DNA of 60,471 nt, the filler included. It is 7 parts of 7 records of this genome, joined end to end, with 100 filler letters (N's around TTAATTAATTAA, not from the genome) between each part and the next. Parts side by side here need not be neighbours in the genome. Positions count along the whole stretch, not along the records: positions 30,608 to 41,310 come from SRR31147125_8740; positions 41,411 to 47,025 come from SRR31147125_8741; positions 47,126 to 52,905 come from SRR31147125_8749; 4 more parts are not named here. The stretch is one strand, 5' to 3'. How positions within the stretch are numbered: the stretch's first letter is position 1; every line of letters starts with the position of its first letter. Below the pieces are notes generated by a model. It made no database searches, had not been told where the DNA came from, and saw nothing but the letters and a program-made list of their open reading frames with translations. Below are positions 41,035 through 51,339 of this stretch, piece after piece. A program made the translations under genes and the position numbers.

Positions 41035-41050
41035 AATGAGATGTCTCATT
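41035..41050. promoter_or_regulatory. Palindromic putative operator upstream of the TBDR operon
   Basis: AATGAGA-TG-TCTCATT, ~110 nt upstream of the ATG. Confidence 0.45.
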
Positions 41051-41310
41051 CACTTTTCACATATTGTCTGTTACTATAATAGCCTTCAATTATGCGAATA
41101 TCGATTTTAACGGCTTTTTTAAATATTTGATATAGAAATGATTCAAAAGTGGACGATCCTCGAAAAAACAGACCCATTATTAAGAGTTACACAGCTATTT
41201 GGATTTTCAATATTTTTCAGAGGTCATATAATGTAAAGACGTCGAATTTATTTCATCCTTGGCACAGGATGTTTAATCGATTTAGCATTGATACCTAAAA
41301 ACATGAAATA

Positions 41311-41410
41311 NNNNNNNNNNNNNNNNNNNNNNNNNNNNNNNNNNNNNNNNNNNNTTAATTAATTAANNNNNNNNNNNNNNNNNNNNNNNNNNNNNNNNNN
41401 NNNNNNNNNN
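41311..41410. other. Artificial contig spacer
   Basis: N44-TTAATTAATTAA-N44. Confidence 0.99.
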
Positions 41411-42475
41411 GAATTTTTCATATGCAGATTCGATCATTGGTGCAAGCTCGTTATCAAAAGGCAGAAAATTGATCCTTAAAAAATCCGAATCATAGGGATG
41501 TGAGATGATATCTTTTTGTTCTGCTAGCTCATAAAACAGCTGCTCCTTAGCTTGAGCGGAAAGAAGTGCCATTGATTGTCTGGCAACATTTTCAGATACA
41601 AGATAGGATTCTGCAATATCGGCAGCCTTTATTGCCAATTCATATTGTTCTTGTTTGAACATACGCTGCGCAAAACTTTTCATTGCTGTTTGAATATGCA
41701 ATTTATCCATATTCCCATTAAGCACCTCAAAAGCTTTATCGTGTTCTTGCAAGTGAATGTAAATATCGCTCAATAGCACTATTCCTTCTGGTGACTTTGT
41801 TTTTTCCAGCGCATGAATGGTTTTGGGATATAGTGCGGACAAAGGATCATAACGAAAAATGTTCTGCCTGACATATCGTAGGCCTTTTACATCCGTTTCA
41901 AGAATGTGTTGGATCTCCTCAACGGCATGATCCCAATTCCTGTAGCGTAAGGCAACTGTGAAATTGTAATTTATTAACAGTTTGGGATCATTTGTGATCG
42001 ATCTGAGCATATCTGTGATAATATGAAATTCGTTACCCATGCGATATTCGATCGCGTCCTGATAAACCGTGACCGCATAAGAATTCCTGATATTGGATTT
42101 TTGTCCCGTAAAGACTTCTGTCCATATTTTATTTGCCTTGGCTTTATTATCTATCGCATAATAAAGCATGCCCAATTCAAGTTTCAGGTATCTGTCGTGT
42201 GATCGACCTTCCAATCTTTTTTCTATGACAGGCTGAAGCTCCGCAAATTTTCTTTGTAAGACCAAAATATTCCGGTAGCGATTGTAGTAATTGAAATTAT
42301 TCGGATTTGAAACATAAAGATCTACGAACAAAGATTCAGCTTTGGCGTATTCCCCAGCTTTTTCAAAAACAATGGCCTGTTTGTATTCCTTCTGTTGCTG
42401 ATTATCTTTACCGAATAAGGGCAATATAATCGTCAACAAAAGTATAAATACAATATTTACGGCTTTCCTCTTCAC
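41411..42475 (-). CDS. Secreted TPR-repeat protein, 3' truncated
   Basis: Signal peptide; helical repeats such as GEYAKAESLF..LY..NP and LELGMLYY..KANKIW. Confidence 0.7.
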
Positions 42476-45400
42476 TTATTTATTCTCCTTTACGGGTGTA
42501 TTCCCGATCAAGGATTCAAGGTATCTTTCCATTTCACGTTTTTCCTGCGGACTTAGATCACTGTTCCTTACCTCTCTCCTGATCATATCGATCAGTGATC
42601 CATGATCACCCAGATCACCGGGTAAGGACAGAGGATTATCCCTCAATATTTCACTTCCGGTCGTAGATTCGCGCTCTTTTTTATAATCGCGAGAGGTGGC
42701 TGAGCGACTGGCGTCCAGTAAACGCTGAACGATCTTTTCCTGACGCATAATGGTCTGACGATCCACTTGGTTTCTTCTCATCTGGTTGATGACCTCTTCC
42801 ATATCTTTAGCTATGCGGTCAAGATTTCCTGTCATTTTATTCCCGTCACCGGATTCTGACATTTCTTGCTGGATCTTTTTCAATCCTCGTCTTAACGCTT
42901 GCTGACGGGCCGCCATTTTGGCTAGTTGATCCATCATGGAAGATGTAGGTGAACCATTTGGCCCCAATTGCGGCATACCTGAATTTAGCTGTTGTTGCTG
43001 ACCGGCCATCTGCTGCAATTGTTGCATATAAAATTCCATACCGGAAGCATTGCCTTGTTGTTCATCCATGACCATATTGACCCGTTCCAACAATATCCTG
43101 GCCAGATTATTCATATTCTTGAATGCTACACTAAAGTTTTTCTGTCCCTGCGACAATCTCGCTTCTTCCACATTTTGTATGCCCGAACGTAAATTACCTA
43201 TAGTCAATCCAAGTGCCTGCCCAATTCCCTTATCAACTAGAAAAGTCATTTTAGATAAAGCCAGCAGATCCTTGTTGATATCCAGTGCGATCTCAAGATT
43301 ATCCATCATTTTACTTGTATATTGGTGGATCAAAGGCGAACCGTCATGAAGTTCGGATCCTTGCTCCAGGGTTTTCTCCTGCTCATGCGACAGATACAAA
43401 GCTTGTTGAAAGGCTCTTTGAAATGCATTAAGTATTTCATCTTTTTGCTGTTGCATCATTTGGGAGGACATTTGCTGGAATGCCTCCTGTAATGAACTTA
43501 GCTTATCCTCTGAAAGTTGACTTTGCTCCTGCCCCGCTTGCTTTTGTCCCTGCTGATATTGCTCGCTTGCCTCATTCATAGAAGAAGAAACATTCATTTC
43601 TTCCATTTTTTGTAAAAATTCTTCGTATAATTCTCTGTCACTCTCATCAAACAGCTCTGCAGATTCTTTACTTAGCTCTTCCCATTTTTCCGTTTCGTTC
43701 GCGATCTTATGCTGTTCCTCTGCCAAATCATCGGAAGAATTTTTATCGGCATCTTCCAGCATTTCCTGCTGTTCTTTCAGGCTTTCTTTGATCTTTTCCC
43801 CCAACTCCTCCAGACGCTGTTCCTGTTGAATACGTTTAAATACTTCCAGCATGCGGTCCAGACTTTCTTCAAAGCGCTTGGCTTTCTCACTAAAATCTTC
43901 AAGCAACTCTTCCATATTTGATGTGTCGTTTCGATCTATCTTTTCCTGTATATCCTGAAGCATCTCGAATAATTCATCATCGATCAATTCATCCATCAGA
44001 TCTTGAAGTTGTTCAAAACTCTGCATCACTTCATCCGAAAATAATTTATTCTCTTCCATAAATTGTTTTTGTTCATCTAATGCTGACTGCATTTCCTGCA
44101 ATTCATCCTGTATCTTTTCCAAGGAATTCAAATTCTCTTCAAGCGCTGATCTGTCCTCCCAGTCCATCTCTCCTTCTTTCAGCAGATCCATGCGGATCTC
44201 CTCAATATTTTCAACGATCTCCTCGGTTGAAATAAGCTCATCTTCCAACATAGCCATAGCCTCTTCTTGAGACTGGTTTTGAGAATCGTAAAGATCTCCA
44301 AGTGTTGGAAGTATGGCATAATAAATTGATGAACGAACCTTCTTGGGACCTGAAATGGTGTCGTTATCTCTCAACTCAAAATAGTATCTAAGTTCCGACC
44401 CCGGAGAAATAAAATCATTGATCTCCCAAACGCCAATACGGGTCTGCAATCTGGAATCTTGCACAAATGGAAGTTCGATCCGCTTATAAACCGTATCATT
44501 GAAAAAATTGTATTCTGAAAAACTAAGATAATTCACAGATAGATCAGAAATACCGAAATCATCCTGCAGGTGGAGGATGTAAGGCAATGTCATTTGATCG
44601 TTTAAAATTAGTTCATCACTGATCTTTGGTTCTATGACCTGAAGCTCCGGATACTGATCTTTATCAAGATCAACGAAATAAGACGGAGGGCTTTGAGTGT
44701 AAATTCCTTTTATATTCTTCAGTAAAAATCTGACCTCTCCATTATCATCAGGCACCCATGTCAGCTGTGCTGATCTGCCCATAATCTCCAGGTCCAGTGT
44801 GTCATCACCCCAGACGGCATAAGATGATCCAAATTCCTCTGAAAATTCAATATTAAAACTTAACTCCGAACCTTTCAATATCCGGATTCTGTCCATATTT
44901 CCCTGATAAGAAGCCGGAGTAATATTGGAATATTCGGGTGAAACGACTGAAATATTCAGAGTTTCAACACGAGGTCTGTTCATAACCTTAACATTCAGAG
45001 TATCAAGATCAAGGTATTTCCTGTGATAGAAAATATTCGGACGTTTCAGTTTTATATAATATGCGGCAGAACTCCGAACTTTTCCAAGAGGCAAGATAAT
45101 GTCGGTATCCATTGATCTCTTGATCAACTCTTCAGCACGATAAATTTCTACGGGGAAATTACCCGGAGCATTCTTATTTATTCTGATCGTAAGAGAATCA
45201 TATGAATAGATGCTGGTATCCTGAGGTGAGGCCTCAACAAAATACTTTTTGACAGGTTCATAGCTTCTTCTCATGTGAGTAAAACGCGTTAAAGTATCAC
45301 CCGAAAAGAATGCAAAGACTATTAGAACGCCAAAAATGATCAGAGAAATCCTAAGTTTTCTTTTTACAGAAACTGCCTGATAAGACTCTTTAAAATAGTC

Positions 45401-45805
45401 GATGCTAAATCGAGCAATAAAATCTCTAACAGTGTGAGACGCAATTTCATTATCCAGGTGCGAAAGCTGATAATGGTTCAATAATTTATCATTGATATTC
45501 GAATACTGTTGTCCAATCTTCAGCAGAATATCTTCATCAGTTTTCTTTTCTTTTTTAAGAAGCAAATCCAGAAGAATAACGATCCCTCGATAAAGAAAAA
45601 ACGCATTCAGGCTCAGAAATATCCAAAGAAGTGTTTTGGTTTCGGAAGGCAAATACCAAATACTCTCTACCAACAGACAAAGAAAGAGATAAAGTGAATT
45701 GAAAACAAGAAATTCCAAACCAAGGTGTGTCACCTTGTTCAAAGCTCTCCGTTTTTTATACCGGAGAAGGATGGAATTAAAATATGTCTCTATTTTTTTC
45801 TTCAC
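42476..45805 (-). CDS. DUF4175-like membrane-anchored protein with Ig-like region and long Q/E-rich coiled coil
   Basis: N-terminal TMs; DQYP, DDFGIS, DNDTISGPK; QQQL..., RQEKIVQRLLDA, KKERES. Confidence 0.75.
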   Translation of the reverse strand: MKKKIETYFNSILLRYKKRRALNKVTHLGLEFLVFNSLYLFLCLLVESIWYLPSETKTLLWIFLSLNAFFLYRGIVILLDLLLKKEKKTDEDILLKIGQQYSNINDKLLNHYQLSHLDNEIASHTVRDFIARFSIDYFKESYQAVSVKRKLRISLIIFGVLIVFAFFSGDTLTRFTHMRRSYEPVKKYFVEASPQDTSIYSYDSLTIRINKNAPGNFPVEIYRAEELIKRSMDTDIILPLGKVRSSAAYYIKLKRPNIFYHRKYLDLDTLNVKVMNRPRVETLNISVVSPEYSNITPASYQGNMDRIRILKGSELSFNIEFSEEFGSSYAVWGDDTLDLEIMGRSAQLTWVPDDNGEVRFLLKNIKGIYTQSPPSYFVDLDKDQYPELQVIEPKISDELILNDQMTLPYILHLQDDFGISDLSVNYLSFSEYNFFNDTVYKRIELPFVQDSRLQTRIGVWEINDFISPGSELRYYFELRDNDTISGPKKVRSSIYYAILPTLGDLYDSQNQSQEEAMAMLEDELISTEEIVENIEEIRMDLLKEGEMDWEDRSALEENLNSLEKIQDELQEMQSALDEQKQFMEENKLFSDEVMQSFEQLQDLMDELIDDELFEMLQDIQEKIDRNDTSNMEELLEDFSEKAKRFEESLDRMLEVFKRIQQEQRLEELGEKIKESLKEQQEMLEDADKNSSDDLAEEQHKIANETEKWEELSKESAELFDESDRELYEEFLQKMEEMNVSSSMNEASEQYQQGQKQAGQEQSQLSEDKLSSLQEAFQQMSSQMMQQQKDEILNAFQRAFQQALYLSHEQEKTLEQGSELHDGSPLIHQYTSKMMDNLEIALDINKDLLALSKMTFLVDKGIGQALGLTIGNLRSGIQNVEEARLSQGQKNFSVAFKNMNNLARILLERVNMVMDEQQGNASGMEFYMQQLQQMAGQQQQLNSGMPQLGPNGSPTSSMMDQLAKMAARQQALRRGLKKIQQEMSESGDGNKMTGNLDRIAKDMEEVINQMRRNQVDRQTIMRQEKIVQRLLDASRSATSRDYKKERESTTGSEILRDNPLSLPGDLGDHGSLIDMIRREVRNSDLSPQEKREMERYLESLIGNTPVKENK

Positions 45806-46456
45806 TTATTTATTCAAATGATAGATAAAGATGTTCGTTCCCATTTGCAATGCGGAGATTCTAAGGTCTTCGGGATCCTGATGTACTTCTTCGTCTTCCC
45901 AGCCGTCACCCAGATCACACTCATAGGTATAGAATACGATCAATCGTCCATTGTGGAAAAGCCCCAATCCTTGGGGTGGTTTATTATCGTGTTCGTGTAT
46001 TTTTGGCAAGCCCTTAGGGAAAGTAAAAGTTTGATGATAAATTGAATGATCAAAGGGAAGCTCCACCCATTCCTTATCCGGGAACAGTCTTTTCATTTCC
46101 CGGCGAAAGGATTCGTTCATACCGTAATTATCATCAGCATGTAAAAATCCACCATTTTCAAGATAATGCCTTAAGCGAGAAAGTTCCTTTTCACTGAATC
46201 GAACATTGCCATGACCGTTCATGTAGAGGTATGAGTATTGAAACAATTCGGGAGATGAGGCCTCGACCACGACTTGCTTATCAGCCATATCAATGCCTGT
46301 GTTCTTTTCAATAAAACGCATTAGGTTCTCTAAGGAACCTGGGTTGCTGTACCAGTCCCCACCTCCATTATATTTCAATCGAGCAATATTTACCGGTGAC
46401 AGTGCTTCGGCAAATATGAGCGTAAATATGCTGAGTAAAATTACAAATTTCTTCAT
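45806..46456 (-). CDS. DUF4159 domain protein
   Basis: IARLKYNGGGDWY, YMNGHG, GGFLHADDNYG, DLGDGWED, ALQMGTN. Confidence 0.88.
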   Translation of the reverse strand: MKKFVILLSIFTLIFAEALSPVNIARLKYNGGGDWYSNPGSLENLMRFIEKNTGIDMADKQVVVEASSPELFQYSYLYMNGHGNVRFSEKELSRLRHYLENGGFLHADDNYGMNESFRREMKRLFPDKEWVELPFDHSIYHQTFTFPKGLPKIHEHDNKPPQGLGLFHNGRLIVFYTYECDLGDGWEDEEVHQDPEDLRISALQMGTNIFIYHLNK

Positions 46457-46496
46457 GCTGGAAATATAGTGGAATTATCATAGAAATTCGAGATAT

Positions 46497-46523
46497 AAAA
46501 GAAAAGTCACGCCTTTGCGTGAC
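46497..46523 (-). terminator. Intrinsic terminator
   Basis: Minus strand GTCACGC-AAAG-GCGTGAC-TTTTCTTTT. Confidence 0.65.
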
Positions 46524-46548
46524 CTAAGTACATCATTTGCAGATTTGT

Positions 46549-46974
46549 TTATCTGAACATCGCCTTGATACTTCCCCAGGTCTGTTGCGAAACACCAAGA
46601 CTTGTTAAGGAAACTTCCACTTTATCAGAATTTGTAAAAGTCCCATCTTTCATAACGGCACGGACAAAATAATCAAAACTGTAATTACCTGTTTCAGTCG
46701 ATTTTGAAAAAATATTGTCGTCCTGAAAAGTATAAGACGCACCTTCACCAAGTGCTGTTACCGATGCTCTTTTATCCAGAATATTGCTATCTGATCGTGA
46801 ACGATATATTTCGTAATAATGAACGCTTTGCTCATCTTTGGCCTGCCAATCCACTCGAATACCGGAATTGAATTCATTAGCGGCTACATAAGTAAATCCA
46901 TCCCAAGCAAACAAGAGACTGCTGCCCAGCATCAATAAAATGATCGCTATTAGATGTAGTTTTTTCATAATCAT
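46549..46974 (-). CDS. Small secreted Fn3/Ig-like protein with C-terminal TWGSIKAMFR
   Basis: Signal peptide; VDW...YEIYRS...YTFQD...YFVRAV..DG pattern. Confidence 0.75.
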   Translation of the reverse strand: MIMKKLHLIAIILLMLGSSLLFAWDGFTYVAANEFNSGIRVDWQAKDEQSVHYYEIYRSRSDSNILDKRASVTALGEGASYTFQDDNIFSKSTETGNYSFDYFVRAVMKDGTFTNSDKVEVSLTSLGVSQQTWGSIKAMFR

Positions 46975-47025
46975 AATCTTCGTCCAAAAATATAGCTATA
47001 TATTCCAAACAATAGCAAGGAAAAA

Positions 47026-47125
47026 NNNNNNNNNNNNNNNNNNNNNNNNNNNNNNNNNNNNNNNNNNNNTTAATTAATTAANNNNNNNNNNNNNNNNNNN
47101 NNNNNNNNNNNNNNNNNNNNNNNNN
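47026..47125. other. Artificial contig spacer
   Basis: N44-TTAATTAATTAA-N44. Confidence 0.99.
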
Positions 47126-47140
47126 GGGAGGAGTATTATA

Positions 47141-47863
47141 ATGAAACTTGGAGTTAATATTGATCATGTAGCTACACTTAGACAAGCTAGACTTGCAAAG
47201 GAACCTGATTTAGTTAGAGCTGCTGTTCTAGCAGAAAAAGCTGGTGCAGACGGAATTACTATTCATCTGAGAGAAGATAGAAGACATATCCAAGATAAAG
47301 ATGTTAGAATCTTAAGAGAAGTTGTAACAACTAGGCTTAATCTTGAAATGGCTACTTCTGAGGATGTTATGCAGGTTGCTCTTGAAGTTGTTCCTGATAT
47401 GGTTACATTAGTACCAGAAAAAAGAGAAGAGCTTACTACAGAGGGTGGTTTAAATATTGCTGATGAGGATATAAAAGCTAAAACTAAAGATGCAATTACT
47501 AGACTACATGAAAAAGGTATAGAAGTTAGTCTTTTTGTTGATCCAAAATCTGAGATTATGAAAATAGCTAAAGAGATTGGAGCAGAATATGTAGAGGTTC
47601 ATACTGGAAAATACGCTGACGCGGAAAATGAAGCTGAGAGAAAAGAAGAATTAAAAAATATAGAAGACGCACATAAAGCTGCAAAAGCATTAAAATTAAA
47701 AGTAAATGCCGGACATGGTTTAGATTATAAAAACGTTACTGACGTTGCTAAAATAAGTGAAATTGTTGAGTTAAACATAGGCTTTTCAATTATCGCTAGA
47801 TCAATATTTGTTGGTATCGAAAAAGCCGTTAGTGAGATGAAAGAAGCTATTTCGAATGCGTAA
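47141..47863 (+). CDS. pdxJ: Pyridoxine 5'-phosphate synthase
   Basis: LGVNIDHVATLRQAR, HLREDRRHI, LTTEGG, NAGHGL. Confidence 0.97.
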   Translation: MKLGVNIDHVATLRQARLAKEPDLVRAAVLAEKAGADGITIHLREDRRHIQDKDVRILREVVTTRLNLEMATSEDVMQVALEVVPDMVTLVPEKREELTTEGGLNIADEDIKAKTKDAITRLHEKGIEVSLFVDPKSEIMKIAKEIGAEYVEVHTGKYADAENEAERKEELKNIEDAHKAAKALKLKVNAGHGLDYKNVTDVAKISEIVELNIGFSIIARSIFVGIEKAVSEMKEAISNA

Positions 47864-48254
47864 AGCTGAAATTATTCATAGAGTTTACTACAATGAAACT
47901 GATCAAATGGGAAGAGTTTATCACTCAAACTATTTAGTGTGGATGGAAAAAGCCAGAACTGAATGGCTACGTGAATGTGGGATCTCGTATAAGGATTTAG
48001 AAAACATGGGGATAATGCTTCCCGTTAGTGAGCTAAACATTAAATATCTAAATGCTGTTGAGTATGACGAAGAGGTCTATATAAATATCTATCCCGAGAA
48101 ACTTAACAGAATCAAGGTAGACTTTGTATATGAATTTTATAACAAAGATAAAACAATACAGTTTGCTGAATCAAAATCAACAAATGTATTTACTGATAAA
48201 GATGGAAAAATCAAAAGAATATCAAAAGAGCTTTTTGAAAAAATTTGCAATTAA
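47856..48254 (+). CDS. Acyl-CoA thioesterase, YbgC/FadM family
   Basis: RVYYNETDQMGRVYHSNYLVWMEKAR. Confidence 0.9.
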   Translation: MRKAEIIHRVYYNETDQMGRVYHSNYLVWMEKARTEWLRECGISYKDLENMGIMLPVSELNIKYLNAVEYDEEVYINIYPEKLNRIKVDFVYEFYNKDKTIQFAESKSTNVFTDKDGKIKRISKELFEKICN

Positions 48255-48262
48255 AATAAAGG

Positions 48263-48526
48263 ATGGTGTTAAGATTGAAAAAATCATATGACAAATTAAC
48301 TGAATTATTAAAGTATATATTAACTGAGCTTGTAGATACACCTGAAAAGATCAATATTAAAATTGTTGAAAAAGAGGATTTACTTGTTCTAAAAGTTAAA
48401 CTTGCTGATGGTGAGCTTGGAAAAGTTATTGGTAAAAATGGATTAACTGCAAATGCTGTTAGAGGAGTTATGCAAGCAGCAGGAGTAAAAGATAAATTAA
48501 ATGTTAACGTTGAATTTTTAGACTAA
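48263..48526 (+). CDS. khpA: KH-domain RNA-binding protein
   Basis: LVDTPE, GKVIGKNG; lies immediately before rimM. Confidence 0.85.
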   Translation: MVLRLKKSYDKLTELLKYILTELVDTPEKINIKIVEKEDLLVLKVKLADGELGKVIGKNGLTANAVRGVMQAAGVKDKLNVNVEFLD

Positions 48527-48567
48527 AATAAACATTTCAAACAAACTTAAGATACTAAGGAGGAGAA

Positions 48568-49089
48568 ATGGAATTATTTTATCTAGGAAAAATTAATGGT
48601 ACCCATCATCTAAAAGGTACTACGAAACTTTTTTCAGTGTTTAATGAACCTGAAAAACTTGACGGAAACAAAGTAATTGCTGAAAAATCAAATGGACAAA
48701 GAATAGTTTTAACAATTGCAAACGCAAGAACTATGAATCAGAAAGTCATTTTGGTTGATTTCGAAGAGATAAAAAACAAAAGTGATGCTCAGGCAATTAT
48801 GGGCGCTAAAATACATGTTAGAAGAGATATTCTTGGAGATATTTCTGAAGATGAATATTACTCAGACGATCTAATGGATATGACTGTTTTTACTAAAAGT
48901 GGGGAAGTTTTAGGGAAAGTAACCGATGTAATGGAAACTGCTGCTCACGAGATTATTGTGGTAAATGAGGATGAGGATGAAATCATGATACCATATGTTG
49001 AAGAGTTTGTTTTAGAGTTAAACTTTGAAACTAGAAAAATACTAGTTGATATCCCAGATAGTCTAAGAGAATTAAATAAAAAATCATAG
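48568..49089 (+). CDS. rimM: Ribosome maturation factor RimM
   Basis: GKINGTHHLKG, EDEYY..DL, ETAAHE, MIPYV. Confidence 0.93.
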   Translation: MELFYLGKINGTHHLKGTTKLFSVFNEPEKLDGNKVIAEKSNGQRIVLTIANARTMNQKVILVDFEEIKNKSDAQAIMGAKIHVRRDILGDISEDEYYSDDLMDMTVFTKSGEVLGKVTDVMETAAHEIIVVNEDEDEIMIPYVEEFVLELNFETRKILVDIPDSLRELNKKS

Positions 49090-49121
49090 ATTCGAATGAA
49101 AAATAAAACAGGTGAACTTTA

Positions 49122-49894
49122 TTGAAAATAAATATACTTACACTTTTTCCAGGAATGTTTGAAGGTTTCTTGGGAGAAAGTATTATTAAAAGAGCCATTA
49201 GTAATAATTTGCTCGAAGTCAACATAATAAATATCCGTGATTATTGTTATGATAAGCATAAACAGGCTGACGATACACCTTTTGGTGGAGGTGCGGGGAT
49301 GGTTCTTAAACCCGAACCTCTTTTTTCTGCACTAGAAGATTTGGATACAAAAGGGGCAGTAATATATACGTCACCTCAAGGAAAAACACTCACTCAGGAA
49401 ATAGTTAACAACTATGCCTACAATCATAAAGAGCTGACTATTATAGCTGGACATTATGAAGGAATTGATGAAAGGGTCATAGATGAATTTGTCAATGAAG
49501 AGATTTCTGTTGGTGATTATGTACTAACTGGCGGAGAGCTTCCAGCAATGATTATCGCTGATGCAGTTGCTAGAATCGTACCTGATGTACTAGGGAATAA
49601 AGAGTCATATGAAAATGATTCTTTCTTTAGTGGTTTACTTGACAACCCTCACTACACTAGACCTGCAGAGTATAGAGGAAAGAAAGTTCCTGATGTATTA
49701 CTCTCAGGACATCATAAAAATATCGATTTATGGAGAAAAAAGAAAGTCTAAAAAGAACATATCTTCGAAGACCTGACCTGTTGAAAAAGAAAAAACTTGA
49801 TAAAACAGAGATTAAGTTATTAGAAGAAGTTAAAAGAGAGATAAAACAAAATAGAGTTAAAAGATACGAGTTAGATAAAAAGGAGAATAAATAG
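49122..49894 (+). CDS. trmD: tRNA (guanine37-N1)-methyltransferase; frameshift at A-run 49736-49741
   Basis: DDTPFGGGAGMV, GHYEGIDER, SVGDYVLTGGE, PHYTRP; shifted frame continues ESLKRTYLRRPDLL to TAG 49894. Confidence 0.95.
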
Positions 49895-50458
49895 ATGAGA
49901 GATAAAGTATATCTTGGTTTAGTGCACTATCCTGTTTATAACAAAAGACAGGAGACTGTTGCTACATCAGTTACTAATTTTGATATCCACGATATTTCTA
50001 GAAGTTGTAAAACTTTTGATATAAAAGGATATCATATAATTACACCAGTAGACGCTCAAGTAGAGTTAACTCAAAGAGTTATTGGGTACTGGCAAACAGG
50101 GAATTCTAAAATTCAAAACAAAGATAGAGAAGAGGCTTTTTCAATTACACATGTAACTGAAAGTATTGAATTAGCTGTTGAGATGATTGAAAAAGCTGAA
50201 GGAAAAAAACCTTTGATTGTAACAACATCAGCTAAAACGTATGATAATTCAATTTCTTATGAAGATATGTCAAACAAAATATATAAAGATGACAATGTTT
50301 ACCTTTTACTTTTTGGTACTGGTTGGGGATTAACCGAGGAGGTAATGGAGGAATCTACATATATTCTTAATCCTATTAGAGGACAAGCTAAATATAATCA
50401 CCTATCTGTTAGATCAGCAGTTGCGATTATTCTAGATAGATTATTCTCAGAAAACTAA
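49895..50458 (+). CDS. SPOUT-type RNA methyltransferase (trmD-associated family)
   Basis: LVHYPV, DIHDISR, LFGTGWGL, YNHLSVRSA. Confidence 0.88.
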   Translation: MRDKVYLGLVHYPVYNKRQETVATSVTNFDIHDISRSCKTFDIKGYHIITPVDAQVELTQRVIGYWQTGNSKIQNKDREEAFSITHVTESIELAVEMIEKAEGKKPLIVTTSAKTYDNSISYEDMSNKIYKDDNVYLLLFGTGWGLTEEVMEESTYILNPIRGQAKYNHLSVRSAVAIILDRLFSEN

Positions 50459-50466
50459 CAACTTAC

Positions 50467-50501
50467 GGCTGGCTAAATTTTATTTTTAGTCAGCCACTTT
50501 T
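50467..50501 (+). terminator. Intrinsic terminator
   Basis: GGCTGGCTAAA...TTTAGTCAGCC-ACTTTT. Confidence 0.7.
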
Positions 50502-50516
50502 ATATATTGTCTTGTT

Positions 50517-50552
50517 ATTGCATATATCCTATTTTAAGAGGATATATGCAAT
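50517..50552. repeat. 14-bp inverted repeat
   Basis: ATTGCATATATCCT-8nt-AGGATATATGCAAT. Confidence 0.7.
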
Positions 50553-50765
50553 TCTAAAGAATACTTTATATAAATACTTCTAGATTTTATCCTAAAAAGA
50601 CATAATATGCTATTTAAAGACGCTAAAGCATTTGGAAGATTCCCTCTTATATTTCCTTATTGCCTAATAGAATATTATTTGATACTATTCATTAGGCACA
50701 GCACAGAGCTTAAAATAACTTTAATGCATGAGCTCCAAGATACAGAATAATGGAGATGATAACAC

Positions 50766-51287
50766 ATGAAATATATAATCTTAATAATCTTAATTTTAAA
50801 TATCTCCGTTTTTGCTTTTGACGATGCTGAATACTATAATTTACAAATAAAACAAGAGTTAAAGTTAGAGTATAACCCTCACATTGTTGCTTCCAAAACG
50901 AGAACAAGAAGCTTAAGATGGGATGAAGTACTTCTCGATAAAGCTGATAGGTACATTGATGAAAAACATGCCCAATATCTAGCTGCAAAGCAAAAACTTG
51001 AAGAGGATTTTACTCTAGATTTAAATAGAACTATTGTTCCTGCTACTATGAAGGAGGATTTAAGAGTTATTGTAAATCTTGACGAAAATCCTAAAAAAAT
51101 AAAAATAATTTATAGGTATGATAATCCTATTATCAAAGATGCTTATACTGATTTTGGTCTTATTGAAGAGCAACTTCAGCTTTCCTTTAATATTAGGAAG
51201 GAGTTTAAAGGCTTAGAATCACCATTTTCGGAAAGGCTTACATCAATATTTGAGTACGTAAATGAACGAGTCGATTTTTTATTTTAA
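50766..51287 (+). CDS. Secreted hypothetical protein
   Basis: RBS GGAG; signal peptide ending VFA; followed by a terminator. Confidence 0.7.
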   Translation: MKYIILIILILNISVFAFDDAEYYNLQIKQELKLEYNPHIVASKTRTRSLRWDEVLLDKADRYIDEKHAQYLAAKQKLEEDFTLDLNRTIVPATMKEDLRVIVNLDENPKKIKIIYRYDNPIIKDAYTDFGLIEEQLQLSFNIRKEFKGLESPFSERLTSIFEYVNERVDFLF

Positions 51288-51325
51288 AAGAGCTATAAAT
51301 GAATAAAACTCATTTATAGCTCTTT
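51287..51325. terminator. Bidirectional terminator
   Basis: AAAGAGCTATAAATGA-7nt-TCATTTATAGCTCTTT between convergent genes. Confidence 0.8.
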
Positions 51326-51339
51326 ATTATAATTAATAA

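Noticed and set aside
30608-47025. Linking the PorV/TBDR operon to the TWGSIK protein as one locus
   Set aside because: They are on different contigs separated by a spacer; physical linkage cannot be inferred
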